DNA of 64,000 bases from Bacteroidales bacterium (lineage in GTDB: Bacteria > Bacteroidota > Bacteroidia > Bacteroidales > Lentimicrobiaceae): NCBI GenBank assembly GCA_016788045.1, contig JAEUTG010000005.1, forward strand, positions 4,309-68,308, read 5' to 3'. A program made the translations under genes and the position numbers. Of the stretch, positions 26,729 through 37,452 are shown one piece after another; position 1 is the first letter of the stretch; every line of letters begins with the position of its first letter. The notes below the pieces were generated by a model. The model saw only the letters and a list, made by a program, of their open reading frames with translations, searched no databases and had not been told where the DNA came from.

Positions 26729-29137
26729 TCAGGGCTGTTTGTTTTTTACATACTTCTCCAGCCACTGGTCGGTTTCCCACAGCATGTGCATAATATTCTC
26801 GCGGGCGCTGTAGCCATGGCTCTCGTAAGGCAGCAGTACCAGCCTGCTGGTTCCGCCGAGCCCTTTGATGGCGCCGAAAAGCCGTTCGCTCTGCAGGGTG
26901 AAGGTGCCGGGGTTGTTGTCGGCATCGCCGTGGATCAGCAACAGGGGTTCATTGATCTTATCGGCATTCATAAAGGGCGACATGCGGTTATATACCTCAG
27001 GGGCTTCCCAATAAGTGCGCTCTTCGGACTGGAACCCGAAAGGGGTGAGGGTACGGTTGTAGGCTCCGCTGCGGGCAATGCCGGCAGCAAAAAGGTCGCA
27101 ATGAGCCATCAGGTTAACCGTCATAAAGGCACCGTAGGAGTGTCCGCCCACAGCTACCCTCTTCCGGTCGGTAATGCCGAGACCGGCCGTGTAATCAATG
27201 GCTGCAGCTGCATTGGCCACCAGCTGTTCAATAAATGTGTCGTTGGGTTGTTTTTCGCCTTCGCCGATGATCGGGAAATCGGTATCATCGAGGATGGCAT
27301 AGCCGCGGGCCGCCCAGTAAACCGGTGATCCGTAGAACAACTGCACAAAGGTATGCGGCGACTCTTTCACTTGTCCGGCCTGCTGAGCATCCTTGTATTC
27401 CACGGGGTAAGCCCACATCAGCAGCGGCAAACGGCCGTCACGCACCGCATCGTAACCCGCCGGCAGGTAAAGTGTTGCCGAAAGGTCCACTCCATCGGCC
27501 CGCTTGTAACGGATACGCTGCTTGCTGACGTTCATGAACGAGGCATACGGATTCGGAAAGCTGGTGAGGGCTTTCAGCTTGTTCGCAGTGCGCAGGTAAT
27601 AATTCGGGTTACGGGTTTTGCCTTCAACCGAGGTGATCATTGTTTTTTTTACGGGATCCATCACCCTGACAATGGATTCGTAGGTTTCGAGCCCGTCGGC
27701 CTGCCACAGACGGCGTGTTTTGTGCGAACGGATGTCAAACTCATCCAGAAACGGCCGGTTGCCCTCGGGTGAATACCCTTCGCCCTGTAAATACAGTTTT
27801 TTGCCATCGGAGGATGTCCGCAACACATAGCTGCCAAAGTTATTTTTCATGGTCAGAAAATCTCCGGGTTCACCGTAATAGTCTTCCGAGGAGCGGTCGT
27901 AAAGAATACCGGGTGTTTCGTTTTCCTGTGAAGGATCGATGAGGTAAGTCACCACATTCCGGTTTTTCCACCAGTAATCAAAAACGACGGCAAGTTTGCT
28001 GTTGCCCCAGTTTACACCGGAGAAGCGGTTCCGGAGCGCAGCCAGCATGAAAGGCTTTCCGGTGAAAGGCGCTTCCATCTGGAAGACCCTGTCCCTGATT
28101 ATCGACTCAACGGCCGGGTCGCCGCCATCCTGCGCTTCGGCCCAGGTGAGCGTTGCAGGAACATCCGACCTCCAGGCAACAGAGCGGCGTCCTGTTTCAA
28201 CCGCGTCAAAACCATTGGGAATGTTCTCCTGTAACGGCCGGTTGTAGAAGTTGGTAACCAGGTTACCCGATCGGGAATAGATGTCGTACGAAACCGGGAA
28301 ACGGCTGACCGGAACCTGATAAGAATAGGGCTTTCTGATGGTTTGCACCAGCAGGTAATTGCCATCTGGTGAGAAGGTGAGTGAGCGGTAAATGGCTGCA
28401 GGCAAAAAATCCGAAATGTTCCCGTTCAGATCGATGTGTTTCACCTCTTCCATTGTGTAATACTCGAATTTCTCTTCATCGGCGGGGTTTCTCAGCAGGT
28501 CCTGATAGGTGCGTGCCGGGGCCTTTTTACCAGTCGATTCCTGAACGGCCGGGCCGGCCGGTAATTCCAGGGTTGCGGGCAGTGGCCGGCGGTTTTCCGG
28601 AACAAACATGGCAAACAAGGCATCGGATTGAGGCGACCAGAGGTAGGAACTTCCGAGTGCAGCGTTCAGCCGGGGCGGGCTCAGCTTTCTGGCTTCACCG
28701 GAACCCAGGTCAAGCACCCACAATTCGATTCCGCCGGCCACCGTATTGGTAAATGCCGCCTTGCTTTCGTCGGGTGAAAAGCTGAACTCTGAAATTCTGA
28801 GTTTATCAGGCAGTCCGGTGATGGTCAGATAACTGCCGGTGGCTATGTTCATCACCCTGATGCCATAATTATAGGCTGTACGGGATTGTCCGTTGGTGCG
28901 CGGGTTGATGCGGATGCCGGCAAGTTTCACCTCTTCTTCTGCCATCTCTTCCAGCGTTTTAAAGGCAAGCCGGTCGAGCATCACCATCAGGGTGTTGCGC
29001 GAATCAATGCGTACAGCAGGCCTGGGTGTGATGTCGGCCAGTTCGAGGATCTCTGCCGGTGGCAGCATGTATGGCTGGTTGGTTTGGGCATTGGCCAGTC
29101 CTGTAAGTGTCATGAGTATCAGGATTATTCGTTTCAT
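26729..29137 (-). CDS. S9-family serine peptidase (prolyl oligopeptidase/DPP-like) with an N-terminal propeller
   Basis: GGHSYGAFM nucleophile motif, C-terminal HGDADNN and ESHGY motifs, and a signal peptide. Confidence 0.85.
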   Translation of the reverse strand: MKRIILILMTLTGLANAQTNQPYMLPPAEILELADITPRPAVRIDSRNTLMVMLDRLAFKTLEEMAEEEVKLAGIRINPRTNGQSRTAYNYGIRVMNIATGSYLTITGLPDKLRISEFSFSPDESKAAFTNTVAGGIELWVLDLGSGEARKLSPPRLNAALGSSYLWSPQSDALFAMFVPENRRPLPATLELPAGPAVQESTGKKAPARTYQDLLRNPADEEKFEYYTMEEVKHIDLNGNISDFLPAAIYRSLTFSPDGNYLLVQTIRKPYSYQVPVSRFPVSYDIYSRSGNLVTNFYNRPLQENIPNGFDAVETGRRSVAWRSDVPATLTWAEAQDGGDPAVESIIRDRVFQMEAPFTGKPFMLAALRNRFSGVNWGNSKLAVVFDYWWKNRNVVTYLIDPSQENETPGILYDRSSEDYYGEPGDFLTMKNNFGSYVLRTSSDGKKLYLQGEGYSPEGNRPFLDEFDIRSHKTRRLWQADGLETYESIVRVMDPVKKTMITSVEGKTRNPNYYLRTANKLKALTSFPNPYASFMNVSKQRIRYKRADGVDLSATLYLPAGYDAVRDGRLPLLMWAYPVEYKDAQQAGQVKESPHTFVQLFYGSPVYWAARGYAILDDTDFPIIGEGEKQPNDTFIEQLVANAAAAIDYTAGLGITDRKRVAVGGHSYGAFMTVNLMAHCDLFAAGIARSGAYNRTLTPFGFQSEERTYWEAPEVYNRMSPFMNADKINEPLLLIHGDADNNPGTFTLQSERLFGAIKGLGGTSRLVLLPYESHGYSARENIMHMLWETDQWLEKYVKNKQP

Positions 29138-29203
29138 TGGGTTGATTTTTGGTTTTACTGATTGGTCCTGTGACAGAACAACCAGGGAAGGATTAACTGC
29201 GGG

Positions 29204-31279
29204 TCAGTCTTTAACAAATTTTCGGGTAAGCTTTTTGTTGCCATCACAGAGGGTGATCAGCCAGACGCCTGGTTTCAGGCCTGTGGTGTTGAACTGCCAT
29301 TGAACAGGCCCCGGGCCATTGCTTTGGATCCGTTCCTTGAAAACGATCCGGCCGGCAGGGCTGGTAATTTCTAGGTCGATGAAGGCTGATACCGGCTGAT
29401 AATCAATTTTCAGGTGATCATTAACCGGGTTAGGGAGGACAATGAATTGCCGGTCTGCATCGGTGAAAGCATCAATTCCAGCAGACTGGCAGGTTCCGGG
29501 CAGGTTATTATCCAGCCATTGCAGGCGGTTGTGTATCCAATCTTTCAGCACTGCGATTTCTTCATCATAGGTCTGAGGGTATGGCCATGGATTGGGCCAC
29601 ACATAGGTGCCCAAAATCGGCCATACGGTGAAATTTCTCTCCTGTGACTCATTCAGGGTGAGGGCTACACTGTCGATGTACTGATCAAACCAGTTGTCGC
29701 TCAGATAATTGTCGCGCAGAAACAACCAGCGGCATTTCACATTGTCGGCAAAAACAGGGTCTTCGAGCATTCGCCGCCACCAGAAAGGTACCTGCCAGTT
29801 GTCATCAGGATATGGAAATTCGTACGACCAGCCCTGGTAGTCAAAACCATTGTAGTAATCGGCGTTTCTCCAGGCAATGTCGTAATCCCACACCGGTCCG
29901 ATGCGCAGTTTCCCTCCCAGGCTCTCACGCTGTTTGTGAAGGAAGGTACTCAGGCGGTATCCGTCCACATTCCTGCTGATTTCATTAACCAGGAAATAAT
30001 CAATAAAGGTGCCTTCATCGGCATATTTCCGGAATCCGTTTTCGGGGTCTGCAAAATCGGGACCGGCAAGCGCTGTTTCAAACTGATTGATGTAATCGCT
30101 GATGTAATCTTTCTGAGCCTGTGTGATATCGTCGTATTTCGGATATTCGTACATGAACCAGATGATGCGGTCGGGGTTTACCGGTGGCGGATATGACGAT
30201 GCCCAACCATCACCGCTCCCACTGCCTGTTGGTTTGTCAATCTTAATGATGTATCCTCCGGTCAGTTCATCGCCTGAATTCTGATCGGGTTTCAGTTTTG
30301 CTATGTTCACCCGGTTGGCATCGCGTTTAATTTTCTCAGAAAAAATGTAAACCCCTTTGTAAACCCCGTTGATCACGACCTCCACATGCCTGTAGCGTGT
30401 TGAATAATGCCCCAGGTTACGGGCAACCTGATATGCAAGGGTGTTGCGGCACAGTGTTTTGTCGGAGTAATTGGCATTCAGGATCCAGTCTGATTCTTCC
30501 GGCATCCCAAGCAACGACACTTTGAGTTCTTCACCCTGTTCGTCCCAGGTTTCGAAACCGTAACTTTTTTTCGGGAACATCTGCGAACTGCTTCCCCTGA
30601 TTTCGATGCCGGCGAAAGCATCGTAGGCCGGAGGGTCGTCAACATGGTTGCGCTCGCCCACGGGGTTGTCGATGATTTTCATGCCAACCTGAATCTTCGG
30701 ATCATCGGGAATCTCCTGACCGTAAGTGTTGATGAGGATAATGGGTAGGTTGGATGATGTAAACACGAAAGGACCCGTTGGCTCATCACCAAAGGTAACA
30801 GACCAGTTGATCAGGGTTCCCTGATCGGCCCAGGCATACATGTCAAGGATATACAACTGCCAGAGACCATTTCCGCTGCTGCCGTTGTTGATGGTTCCAA
30901 GCATTTCCTGTGGTCTGAAATTTCCGGTAAACGGCGGAACCCCCTGCGATATGTGGGTGGAAGCGGTATCGGTGAAACGGGTGCCGGTATAATTGTCTCC
31001 ATCCCAGCCATTGCCTGATGTCAGGGTTACTGTGGTTCCGTCAGGGGCAACGAGGGCGATGAGCAGGTCGGCATCGTATGGATGGGTAAGGTTGATGCTC
31101 ACTGCGGCCAACCCGTGTGTGGTATCCAGGACTGCCGGATTCAGGTTGCTGACGTTGATGGGAAACAGGATGGCATTTCCGTCATCTGGTATCTGGCCTC
31201 CCGTGCCTGTCCAGGTCTGGGAAAAGGTGAAGCAAACGGTTAATTGGAAAAGCAGAAAGAAACAGGCGGTCTTTTTCAT
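29204..31279 (-). CDS. CotH-family protein with an N-terminal proprotein-convertase P-domain and a T9SS type A sorting domain
   Basis: The P-domain-like block is HPYDADLLIALVAPDGTTVTL. The CotH-like core is KKSYGFETWDE...ANYSDKTLCRNTLAY...VVINGVYKGVYIFSEKIK. The C-terminus is VLPNPVNDHLKIDY. Confidence 0.75.
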   Translation of the reverse strand: MKKTACFFLLFQLTVCFTFSQTWTGTGGQIPDDGNAILFPINVSNLNPAVLDTTHGLAAVSINLTHPYDADLLIALVAPDGTTVTLTSGNGWDGDNYTGTRFTDTASTHISQGVPPFTGNFRPQEMLGTINNGSSGNGLWQLYILDMYAWADQGTLINWSVTFGDEPTGPFVFTSSNLPIILINTYGQEIPDDPKIQVGMKIIDNPVGERNHVDDPPAYDAFAGIEIRGSSSQMFPKKSYGFETWDEQGEELKVSLLGMPEESDWILNANYSDKTLCRNTLAYQVARNLGHYSTRYRHVEVVINGVYKGVYIFSEKIKRDANRVNIAKLKPDQNSGDELTGGYIIKIDKPTGSGSGDGWASSYPPPVNPDRIIWFMYEYPKYDDITQAQKDYISDYINQFETALAGPDFADPENGFRKYADEGTFIDYFLVNEISRNVDGYRLSTFLHKQRESLGGKLRIGPVWDYDIAWRNADYYNGFDYQGWSYEFPYPDDNWQVPFWWRRMLEDPVFADNVKCRWLFLRDNYLSDNWFDQYIDSVALTLNESQERNFTVWPILGTYVWPNPWPYPQTYDEEIAVLKDWIHNRLQWLDNNLPGTCQSAGIDAFTDADRQFIVLPNPVNDHLKIDYQPVSAFIDLEITSPAGRIVFKERIQSNGPGPVQWQFNTTGLKPGVWLITLCDGNKKLTRKFVKD

Positions 31280-31600
31280 CCTTGATAAGGTTTGGTAAAG
31301 CAGAAGTCTGAGCTGCGGTAAATTTAGGAATTTTTAACATGCACCGTTTTAACCTGATCCACCTTACAAAAGTGACGGAAAGAAGATTTTGAACAGATCC
31401 CTTTTTATTGAAATCAGTCTGTGGAGAATATGTAAATGACAGATAATGAGAGAAGTATATATACAGGTCCGTTTCTGTATCTCAGTTTTGAGTGTTTTCG
31501 GTTCCGGTGTTCAGTGTACAGACCGTCATTCACAGCCATTCAGGGGATTGATGATCAGCCGCACACAGCAACTTACCGGTAATAGAGAACCTATTTTTCA

Positions 31601-31608
31601 TAAATTTG
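31601..31608 (+). promoter_or_regulatory. Candidate -7 box for guaB
   Basis: TAAATTTG matches TAnnTTTG, 22 nt upstream of the ATG at 31630. This argues against the ORF-track start at 31606. Confidence 0.4.
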
Positions 31609-31629
31609 CACCAACCAAATGCACACAAG

Positions 31630-33099
31630 ATGGCTTCCTTTGACGATAAATTTGTTGGTGAAGGTTATACCTACGACGATGTTCTGCTGATGCCTGCCTA
31701 TTCGGAGGTATTGCCGCGCGAGGTTGATGTTTCAACAAGGTTTTCACGCAATATCAGAATCAACATTCCCATTGTTTCGGCGGCAATGGATACGGTTACC
31801 GACTCGAACATGGCCATTGCCATGGCACAGGAGGGTGGGATTGGTGTACTGCACAAGAACATGACCATAGAAGAGCAGGCCAACGAAGTGAAGAAGGTGA
31901 AACGTGCCGAAAACGGCATGATCCTCGATCCGGTTACCCTGTGCGAAGATGCCCTGGTAGCCGATGCCCTGCAGATCATGAAAGAGTTCAAGATCGGTGG
32001 CATTCCGGTGGTGGATAAGCATACCAAACTTGTGGGCATTGTTACCAACCGCGACCTGCGTTTTGAGCGTAACCTGCGGCGTCCTGTAGTGGAGATTATG
32101 ACCAGTCAGAACCTGATCACCACCACAGAGTTTACCGATTTTGAGAAGGCGGCAGATATTCTTCAGGAGCACAAGATTGAAAAACTGCCTGTTGTTGACA
32201 AGGATTTTAAGCTGATCGGACTGATCACCTACAAGGATATTATCAAGATCAAGGCCAGGCCAAATGCCTGTAAGGACGACAGAGGCCGCCTGCGTGTTGC
32301 GGCGGCAGTCGGCGTTACCCGCGATACCCTCGACAGGGTGACTGCCCTGGTTGCCAACGGGGTGGATGCCATTGTAATAGACACGGCCCATGGACACTCA
32401 AAAGGGGTGATGGACGCTGCCCGGCTGGTGAAACAGCATTTTCCCGACCTCGACCTCATCATTGGCAACGTTGGCACTGCGGAAGCAGCCCGTGATCTGA
32501 AAGGCCTCAACATCGACGGAATCAAGGTGGGAATTGGTCCCGGCTCCATCTGTACAACAAGGATCATTGCAGGAATCGGTGTTCCGCAGCTCACAGCAGT
32601 CAACCTGGTAGCCACCGAACTCAGGGGCTCCGGTATTCCGGTGATTGCTGACGGCGGAATCCGTTACACCGGCGATATTGCCAAAGCCCTTGCCGCCGGT
32701 GCCGACAGCATTATGGCCGGCAGCCTTTTTGCCGGTGTGGAAGAATCACCCGGAGAAACCATCATTTACGAAGGCAGGAAGTTCAAGACCTACCGGGGTA
32801 TGGGTTCCATCGAAGCCATGCAGAAGGGTTCGAAAGACCGTTATTTCCAGGATATGGAAGACGATATCAAGAAACTGGTGCCCGAAGGAATTGTCGGACG
32901 GGTTCCGTACAAAGGATCCCTCTCAGAAGTGATTCACCAGATGGTGGGAGGACTGAAGGCTGGCATGGGTTATACCGGTTCAGCCAGCATAGCACAACTT
33001 CAGCAGGCCCGGTTTATGCGAATATCTGCCGCCGGAGTAGCCGAAAGTCACCCGCACGATATTACCATTACCAGCGAGGCTCCCAACTACAGCCGCTGA
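31630..33099 (+). CDS. guaB: IMP dehydrogenase
   Basis: [13 protein letters not shown], tandem CBS region, [11 protein letters not shown] catalytic loop, and GGIRYTGD. Confidence 0.95.
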   Translation: MASFDDKFVGEGYTYDDVLLMPAYSEVLPREVDVSTRFSRNIRINIPIVSAAMDTVTDSNMAIAMAQEGGIGVLHKNMTIEEQANEVKKVKRAENGMILDPVTLCEDALVADALQIMKEFKIGGIPVVDKHTKLVGIVTNRDLRFERNLRRPVVEIMTSQNLITTTEFTDFEKAADILQEHKIEKLPVVDKDFKLIGLITYKDIIKIKARPNACKDDRGRLRVAAAVGVTRDTLDRVTALVANGVDAIVIDTAHGHSKGVMDAARLVKQHFPDLDLIIGNVGTAEAARDLKGLNIDGIKVGIGPGSICTTRIIAGIGVPQLTAVNLVATELRGSGIPVIADGGIRYTGDIAKALAAGADSIMAGSLFAGVEESPGETIIYEGRKFKTYRGMGSIEAMQKGSKDRYFQDMEDDIKKLVPEGIVGRVPYKGSLSEVIHQMVGGLKAGMGYTGSASIAQLQQARFMRISAAGVAESHPHDITITSEAPNYSR

Positions 33100-33205
33100 A
33101 ATTTGTTGTAACCCTGCCCCCTGAGTTGTCTCAACCCATGGTTGAAGCGCCGGTTCAGGGGATGATTTTTAAGTTTATAATCAGATAATTAAACTGTATT
33201 GAGCA

Positions 33206-35194
33206 ATGAAAAAGAGAATGACCCGAGTGTTTGCAGGTTTAACATTTATGATGATGTTTTCGCTGGTTTCTGCCCAGGATACCGATCCGGTGGTACTGAA
33301 GGTTGCCGGTGAGAACATTACAAAATCTGAGTTTCTCAGTGTTTACCAGAAGAACAATGTCAACGGTGAAGTCATCGACCGTAAATCACTGGAAGAATAC
33401 ATGGAGTTGTACATCAACTTCAGGCTTAAAGTGAAGGAAGCTGAAGCCCTTGGGCTGGATACCACCCGCGCTTTCAGGGACGAACTCGCCGGTTACCGCA
33501 AACAATTGGCTCAACCCTATCTGATTGATGAGGAAATGAACAAGGCCCTGCTTACCGAGGCCTATAACCGCAAAACCATTGACATCAGGGCCAGCCACAT
33601 TCTGATCAAGGTTGACCGCAACGCCTCACCGGCCGATACCCTGGCAGCCTACAAAAAGATTATGGCGCTTAGGAAAAGAGCCCTCAAGGGAGAAGATTTC
33701 GGTAAACTGGCTGAAGAAAACTCCGATGACCTCTCTGCCCGCGACCGCACCGTTGAGAACCGGAACATCAGAGGAAACAAAGGCGACCTCGGCTACTTCA
33801 CTGTTTTCGATATGGTATATCCTTTTGAAACCGGTGCTTATTCCACTCCGGTGGGAGAAGTTTCAATGCCGGTAAGAAGTGACTTTGGTTACCATCTGAT
33901 TAAGGTGACTGACCGCAAACCTGCTCTGGGAAGGGTTCAGGTAGCACACATCCTGATGCGGGTGCCGGCCAATGCTACCGCTGCCGACAGTGCAGCAGTG
34001 GCTCAGAAGGCGCAGGATGCCTACAACAGGATTATGGCCGGTGAAGAATTTGCGCGCGTTGCCGAGCAGATGTCCGACGATAAATCAACGGCTGCCAAGG
34101 GGGGGGTACTTCCCTGGTTCGGCGCCAACAAGATGATCCCTGAATTTATTAAGGAAGTAAGCGCCCTTAAAGAGATCAACGATGTTACCAAACCATTCTC
34201 CTCGATGTTCGGATGGCATGTGGTGAAACTGACTGACCGCAAAGAAATCGGGACCTATGAAGATAATCTCAACGACCTGAAGCAGAGCCTTACCCGCAAC
34301 GACCGCGCAAAGAAAAGTGAAGAAGCCCTGCTCAACAGGATTAAGAAGGAATATAAATACTCAGAAAGCCTGAAAGCCCGTGATGCATTTTACAAGGTGG
34401 TAACCGATACCATTTTTGCCGGCGGATGGAAGGCCGAACAGGCTGCAGGACTCAACAAAACCATCATGACCATTGGTCGCCGGAGTTATTCACAACAGGA
34501 TTTTGCAGCTTATCTTGCTGCAAACCAACGCAAGCGTACAAAGGAGAGTATCCCCGGGTTCGTGAATTCGATGTTCACCACCTTCTCCAATGAGAAATGT
34601 CTGGCTTATGAAGACAGTCAGCTAGAATCGAAGTACCCCGAGTTTAAAATGCTGATCAGGGAATACCACGACGGAATCCTCCTTTTCGAACTCACCGATC
34701 AGAAAATATGGTCAAAGGCAGTGAAGGATACCACCGGACTGGAGCAGTTCTATGCTTCGCGCCGAAACAACTATATGTGGGATCAGCGGCTTGATGCGAC
34801 CATTTATACCTTCAATACCGGTGATGAAAAAGTGCTGGGCGCAGCCCGCAGTGCCATTCAAAAGGGAATAACAGACAACGAGCTGCTCGAAATGATCAAT
34901 ACCGACAGCACCACGGTGCTGAGTACCGACCGCAGGAAGTTCTCCAGGGGCGATAACACCTTTATTGATGAGATCGAATGGAAACCGGGCTTCTCCACCG
35001 AAACAAAAACTGGTGAAAAGACCACCATGATCTTTGTGCATCAGGTATTGTCACCCGAACCCAAAAAGCTGAACGAAGCCCGTGGCATCGTCACAGCAGA
35101 TTACCAGAATTTCCTGGAACAGGAATGGATCAGGGAACTCAGGGCTAAATATCCTTACGAAGTGAACCACGAAGTACTCTCATCAATCAAATAA
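33206..35194 (+). CDS. Periplasmic peptidyl-prolyl isomerase with two parvulin domains
   Basis: Signal peptide, and two parvulin signatures (ASHILIKV...GDLGYF and VAHILMRV...GVLPWF). Confidence 0.85.
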   Translation: MKKRMTRVFAGLTFMMMFSLVSAQDTDPVVLKVAGENITKSEFLSVYQKNNVNGEVIDRKSLEEYMELYINFRLKVKEAEALGLDTTRAFRDELAGYRKQLAQPYLIDEEMNKALLTEAYNRKTIDIRASHILIKVDRNASPADTLAAYKKIMALRKRALKGEDFGKLAEENSDDLSARDRTVENRNIRGNKGDLGYFTVFDMVYPFETGAYSTPVGEVSMPVRSDFGYHLIKVTDRKPALGRVQVAHILMRVPANATAADSAAVAQKAQDAYNRIMAGEEFARVAEQMSDDKSTAAKGGVLPWFGANKMIPEFIKEVSALKEINDVTKPFSSMFGWHVVKLTDRKEIGTYEDNLNDLKQSLTRNDRAKKSEEALLNRIKKEYKYSESLKARDAFYKVVTDTIFAGGWKAEQAAGLNKTIMTIGRRSYSQQDFAAYLAANQRKRTKESIPGFVNSMFTTFSNEKCLAYEDSQLESKYPEFKMLIREYHDGILLFELTDQKIWSKAVKDTTGLEQFYASRRNNYMWDQRLDATIYTFNTGDEKVLGAARSAIQKGITDNELLEMINTDSTTVLSTDRRKFSRGDNTFIDEIEWKPGFSTETKTGEKTTMIFVHQVLSPEPKKLNEARGIVTADYQNFLEQEWIRELRAKYPYEVNHEVLSSIK

Positions 35195-35196
35195 AA

Positions 35197-36060
35197 GTGG
35201 TGCGGTCTGTCAGCCTGATTGCCCTGGTTTCAATTGCCTCAGTAATGGCATCGTGCAGCTATTTCAGCAAAAACGACCGCTCTGATGCAATCGCTGTGGC
35301 TTACGGGAAATATCTCTACAGAAGTGATATTACCGGGGTGGTTCCACCTGGGTCAACGGCTGACGACAGTACGGAAATTGTAAGACAGTTTATCGATAAC
35401 TGGATTCGCAGACAGGTAATACTTAACCAGGCTGAGAACAACCTGACCGATGAACAGAAGGATTTCAGCAGTCAGCTGGAAACTTACCGCAATTCCCTGA
35501 TTGTCTACAGTTATGAGAGTGAACTGATCCGTCAGGCCCTCGATACCAGCGTAAGTCAGCAGGAAATCGAAAAGTTTTATCAGGAGAACCCGCAGAATTT
35601 TCAGCTGCGCGAGAATATCCTCAGGGTGAACTACGTTAAGATTCCGGTAAGCTCAGCAAAGTCGGATATCGTTCCCAAAGCCGCCCGACTGTTGAAATCC
35701 GATAAGCCCCGCGACCTGGAAGAGCTCGACGAGTTGTGCCAGAAATCCCTGCTGCTGTGTCGCATTGACAGCGAGAAATGGTTGACATTCAGCGAGCTGC
35801 AGAAAGAAATTCCGGTTACAGCCAACGACGAAGACGATTTTCTGCAAGGCCGGTCGTTTTACGAAACCAGTGATTCGTTGTATGTGTACCTCGTTAGAAT
35901 CACCGAATTTAAATCAAGGGAAAGTGTTTCACCCTTAAGTCTTGAAACCGACAATATCCGCAGTGTGATTCTGAACCGGCGGAAACTTGAACTGATTAGT
36001 AAAATGGAACAGGAGGTTTTTCAGAAAGCCTTGGAAAATAAGGATTTTCAGATATTCTGA
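35197..36060 (+). CDS. Hypothetical lipoprotein (SurA/PpiD N-terminal chaperone-like)
   Basis: GTG start 3 nt after the upstream stop. It has an ASVMASC lipobox and lies between two parvulin genes. Confidence 0.7.
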   Translation: MVRSVSLIALVSIASVMASCSYFSKNDRSDAIAVAYGKYLYRSDITGVVPPGSTADDSTEIVRQFIDNWIRRQVILNQAENNLTDEQKDFSSQLETYRNSLIVYSYESELIRQALDTSVSQQEIEKFYQENPQNFQLRENILRVNYVKIPVSSAKSDIVPKAARLLKSDKPRDLEELDELCQKSLLLCRIDSEKWLTFSELQKEIPVTANDEDDFLQGRSFYETSDSLYVYLVRITEFKSRESVSPLSLETDNIRSVILNRRKLELISKMEQEVFQKALENKDFQIF

Positions 36061-36087
36061 CCTTTTGTAAACGACAATACCCCCAAG

Positions 36088-37434
36088 ATGAAGAAACTAT
36101 TGATTGCATTACTCGCTTCCGTGCTGCTGCTTCCGGGCTTCAAAGGCTGGGCGCAGGAACAGGTCATCGACGAAGTAGTAGCGGTGGTTGGAGCCAACTA
36201 TGTGCTTCAGTCAGATATTGAAGCTCAATACATTCAGTTCAGGATGCAGGGCGGGATCACCGATGCCCGTGCTACCCGCTGTCAGATTCTGGAAGATCTG
36301 CTGTTTAACAAACTGCTGCTCAACCAGGCTGAGCTGGATAGTGTGGTGGTTACCGATGATCAGGTTAACCAGACCATGGAAGCCCGTTTCCGTTATTACA
36401 TTCAGCAGTTCGGATCGCAGGAGAAGCTTGAGCAGTTCTACAAAAAATCAATCCTTGAAATAAAGGAAGAGTTCAGGGGACCTGTCAGAGAACAGCTGAT
36501 GGTTGAAGAGGTACAGAACACCATACTGAAAGACCTGAAGGTGACCCCCTCCGAAGTAAGGGCCTTTTTCAACAGTCTGCCCAAAGACAGCATCCCGACC
36601 ATTGATACGGAATATGAGCTGAACAGGATAGTGAAAGAGCCCTCCATCAACAAAGAAGAACTCGAGGCTACCCGTGAAAGGCTGAAATCGCTGCGCGACC
36701 GGATCGTTAAGGGAGAAAGTTTCAGCACACTGGCCGTTTTGTATTCCGAAGATCCCGGTTCAGCGCGCAAAGGCGGGGAAGTCGGTTTTATGGGCCGTGG
36801 CCAGTTGTATCCTGAATATGAAGCCGCTGCTTTCGGACTCAAGAAGGGGGAGATCTCCGACATCATCAAATCCAGGGCCGGTTACCACATCATTCAGCTG
36901 ATTGAACGCAGGGGTGAGCAGATCAATACCCGGCACATACTGCTGATGCCGAAGATTTCCGATTCAGACATTATAAAGGCCTCCCGCCTTCTCGACAGTG
37001 TAGCCGGTTTGGTTCGTGAAGGCAAAATGACCTTTGAAGAAGCCGCCCTCAAGTATTCGGATGACCCCGGAAAAATCAACGGTGCCCAGATGGTGAACGA
37101 GACCACAGGCAATACACGCTTTCTGGCCGGTCAGCTTGATCCAAAGGTCTTCTTCGCCATCGATAAGCTGCAGCCCGGGGAGATTTCAAGGCCGGTAAAC
37201 TCAATGAACGAGGAAGGCAAACAAACCCTCAGCATTTACATGCTGAAAACCAGAACAGAACCTCACCGGGCCAGCATTAAGGAAGATTACAGCACCATTC
37301 AGGAATGGGCACTGAACAAAAAGCGCGGCGATGTGATTGATAAATGGATTGCTGAAAAAATTTCAAAAACCTATTTCAGGATCAATGAATCCTTCCGCGA
37401 CTGTAATTTTAAACATTCATGGGAAATTAAATAA
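36088..37434 (+). CDS. SurA-like periplasmic chaperone / peptidyl-prolyl isomerase
   Basis: Signal peptide, SurA-N-like region, and parvulin blocks (GGEVGFM..AGYHIIQL and TRHILLMP). Confidence 0.85.
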   Translation: MKKLLIALLASVLLLPGFKGWAQEQVIDEVVAVVGANYVLQSDIEAQYIQFRMQGGITDARATRCQILEDLLFNKLLLNQAELDSVVVTDDQVNQTMEARFRYYIQQFGSQEKLEQFYKKSILEIKEEFRGPVREQLMVEEVQNTILKDLKVTPSEVRAFFNSLPKDSIPTIDTEYELNRIVKEPSINKEELEATRERLKSLRDRIVKGESFSTLAVLYSEDPGSARKGGEVGFMGRGQLYPEYEAAAFGLKKGEISDIIKSRAGYHIIQLIERRGEQINTRHILLMPKISDSDIIKASRLLDSVAGLVREGKMTFEEAALKYSDDPGKINGAQMVNETTGNTRFLAGQLDPKVFFAIDKLQPGEISRPVNSMNEEGKQTLSIYMLKTRTEPHRASIKEDYSTIQEWALNKKRGDVIDKWIAEKISKTYFRINESFRDCNFKHSWEIK

Positions 37435-37452
37435 CCAAAGCCGTACACACCA

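Noticed and set aside
31606-31629. ORF-track start of guaB at 31606
   Set aside because: A TAAATTTG -7 box overlaps it (31601-31608), so that start would lie upstream of or at the transcription start. ATG 31630 gives the usual IMPDH N-terminus.
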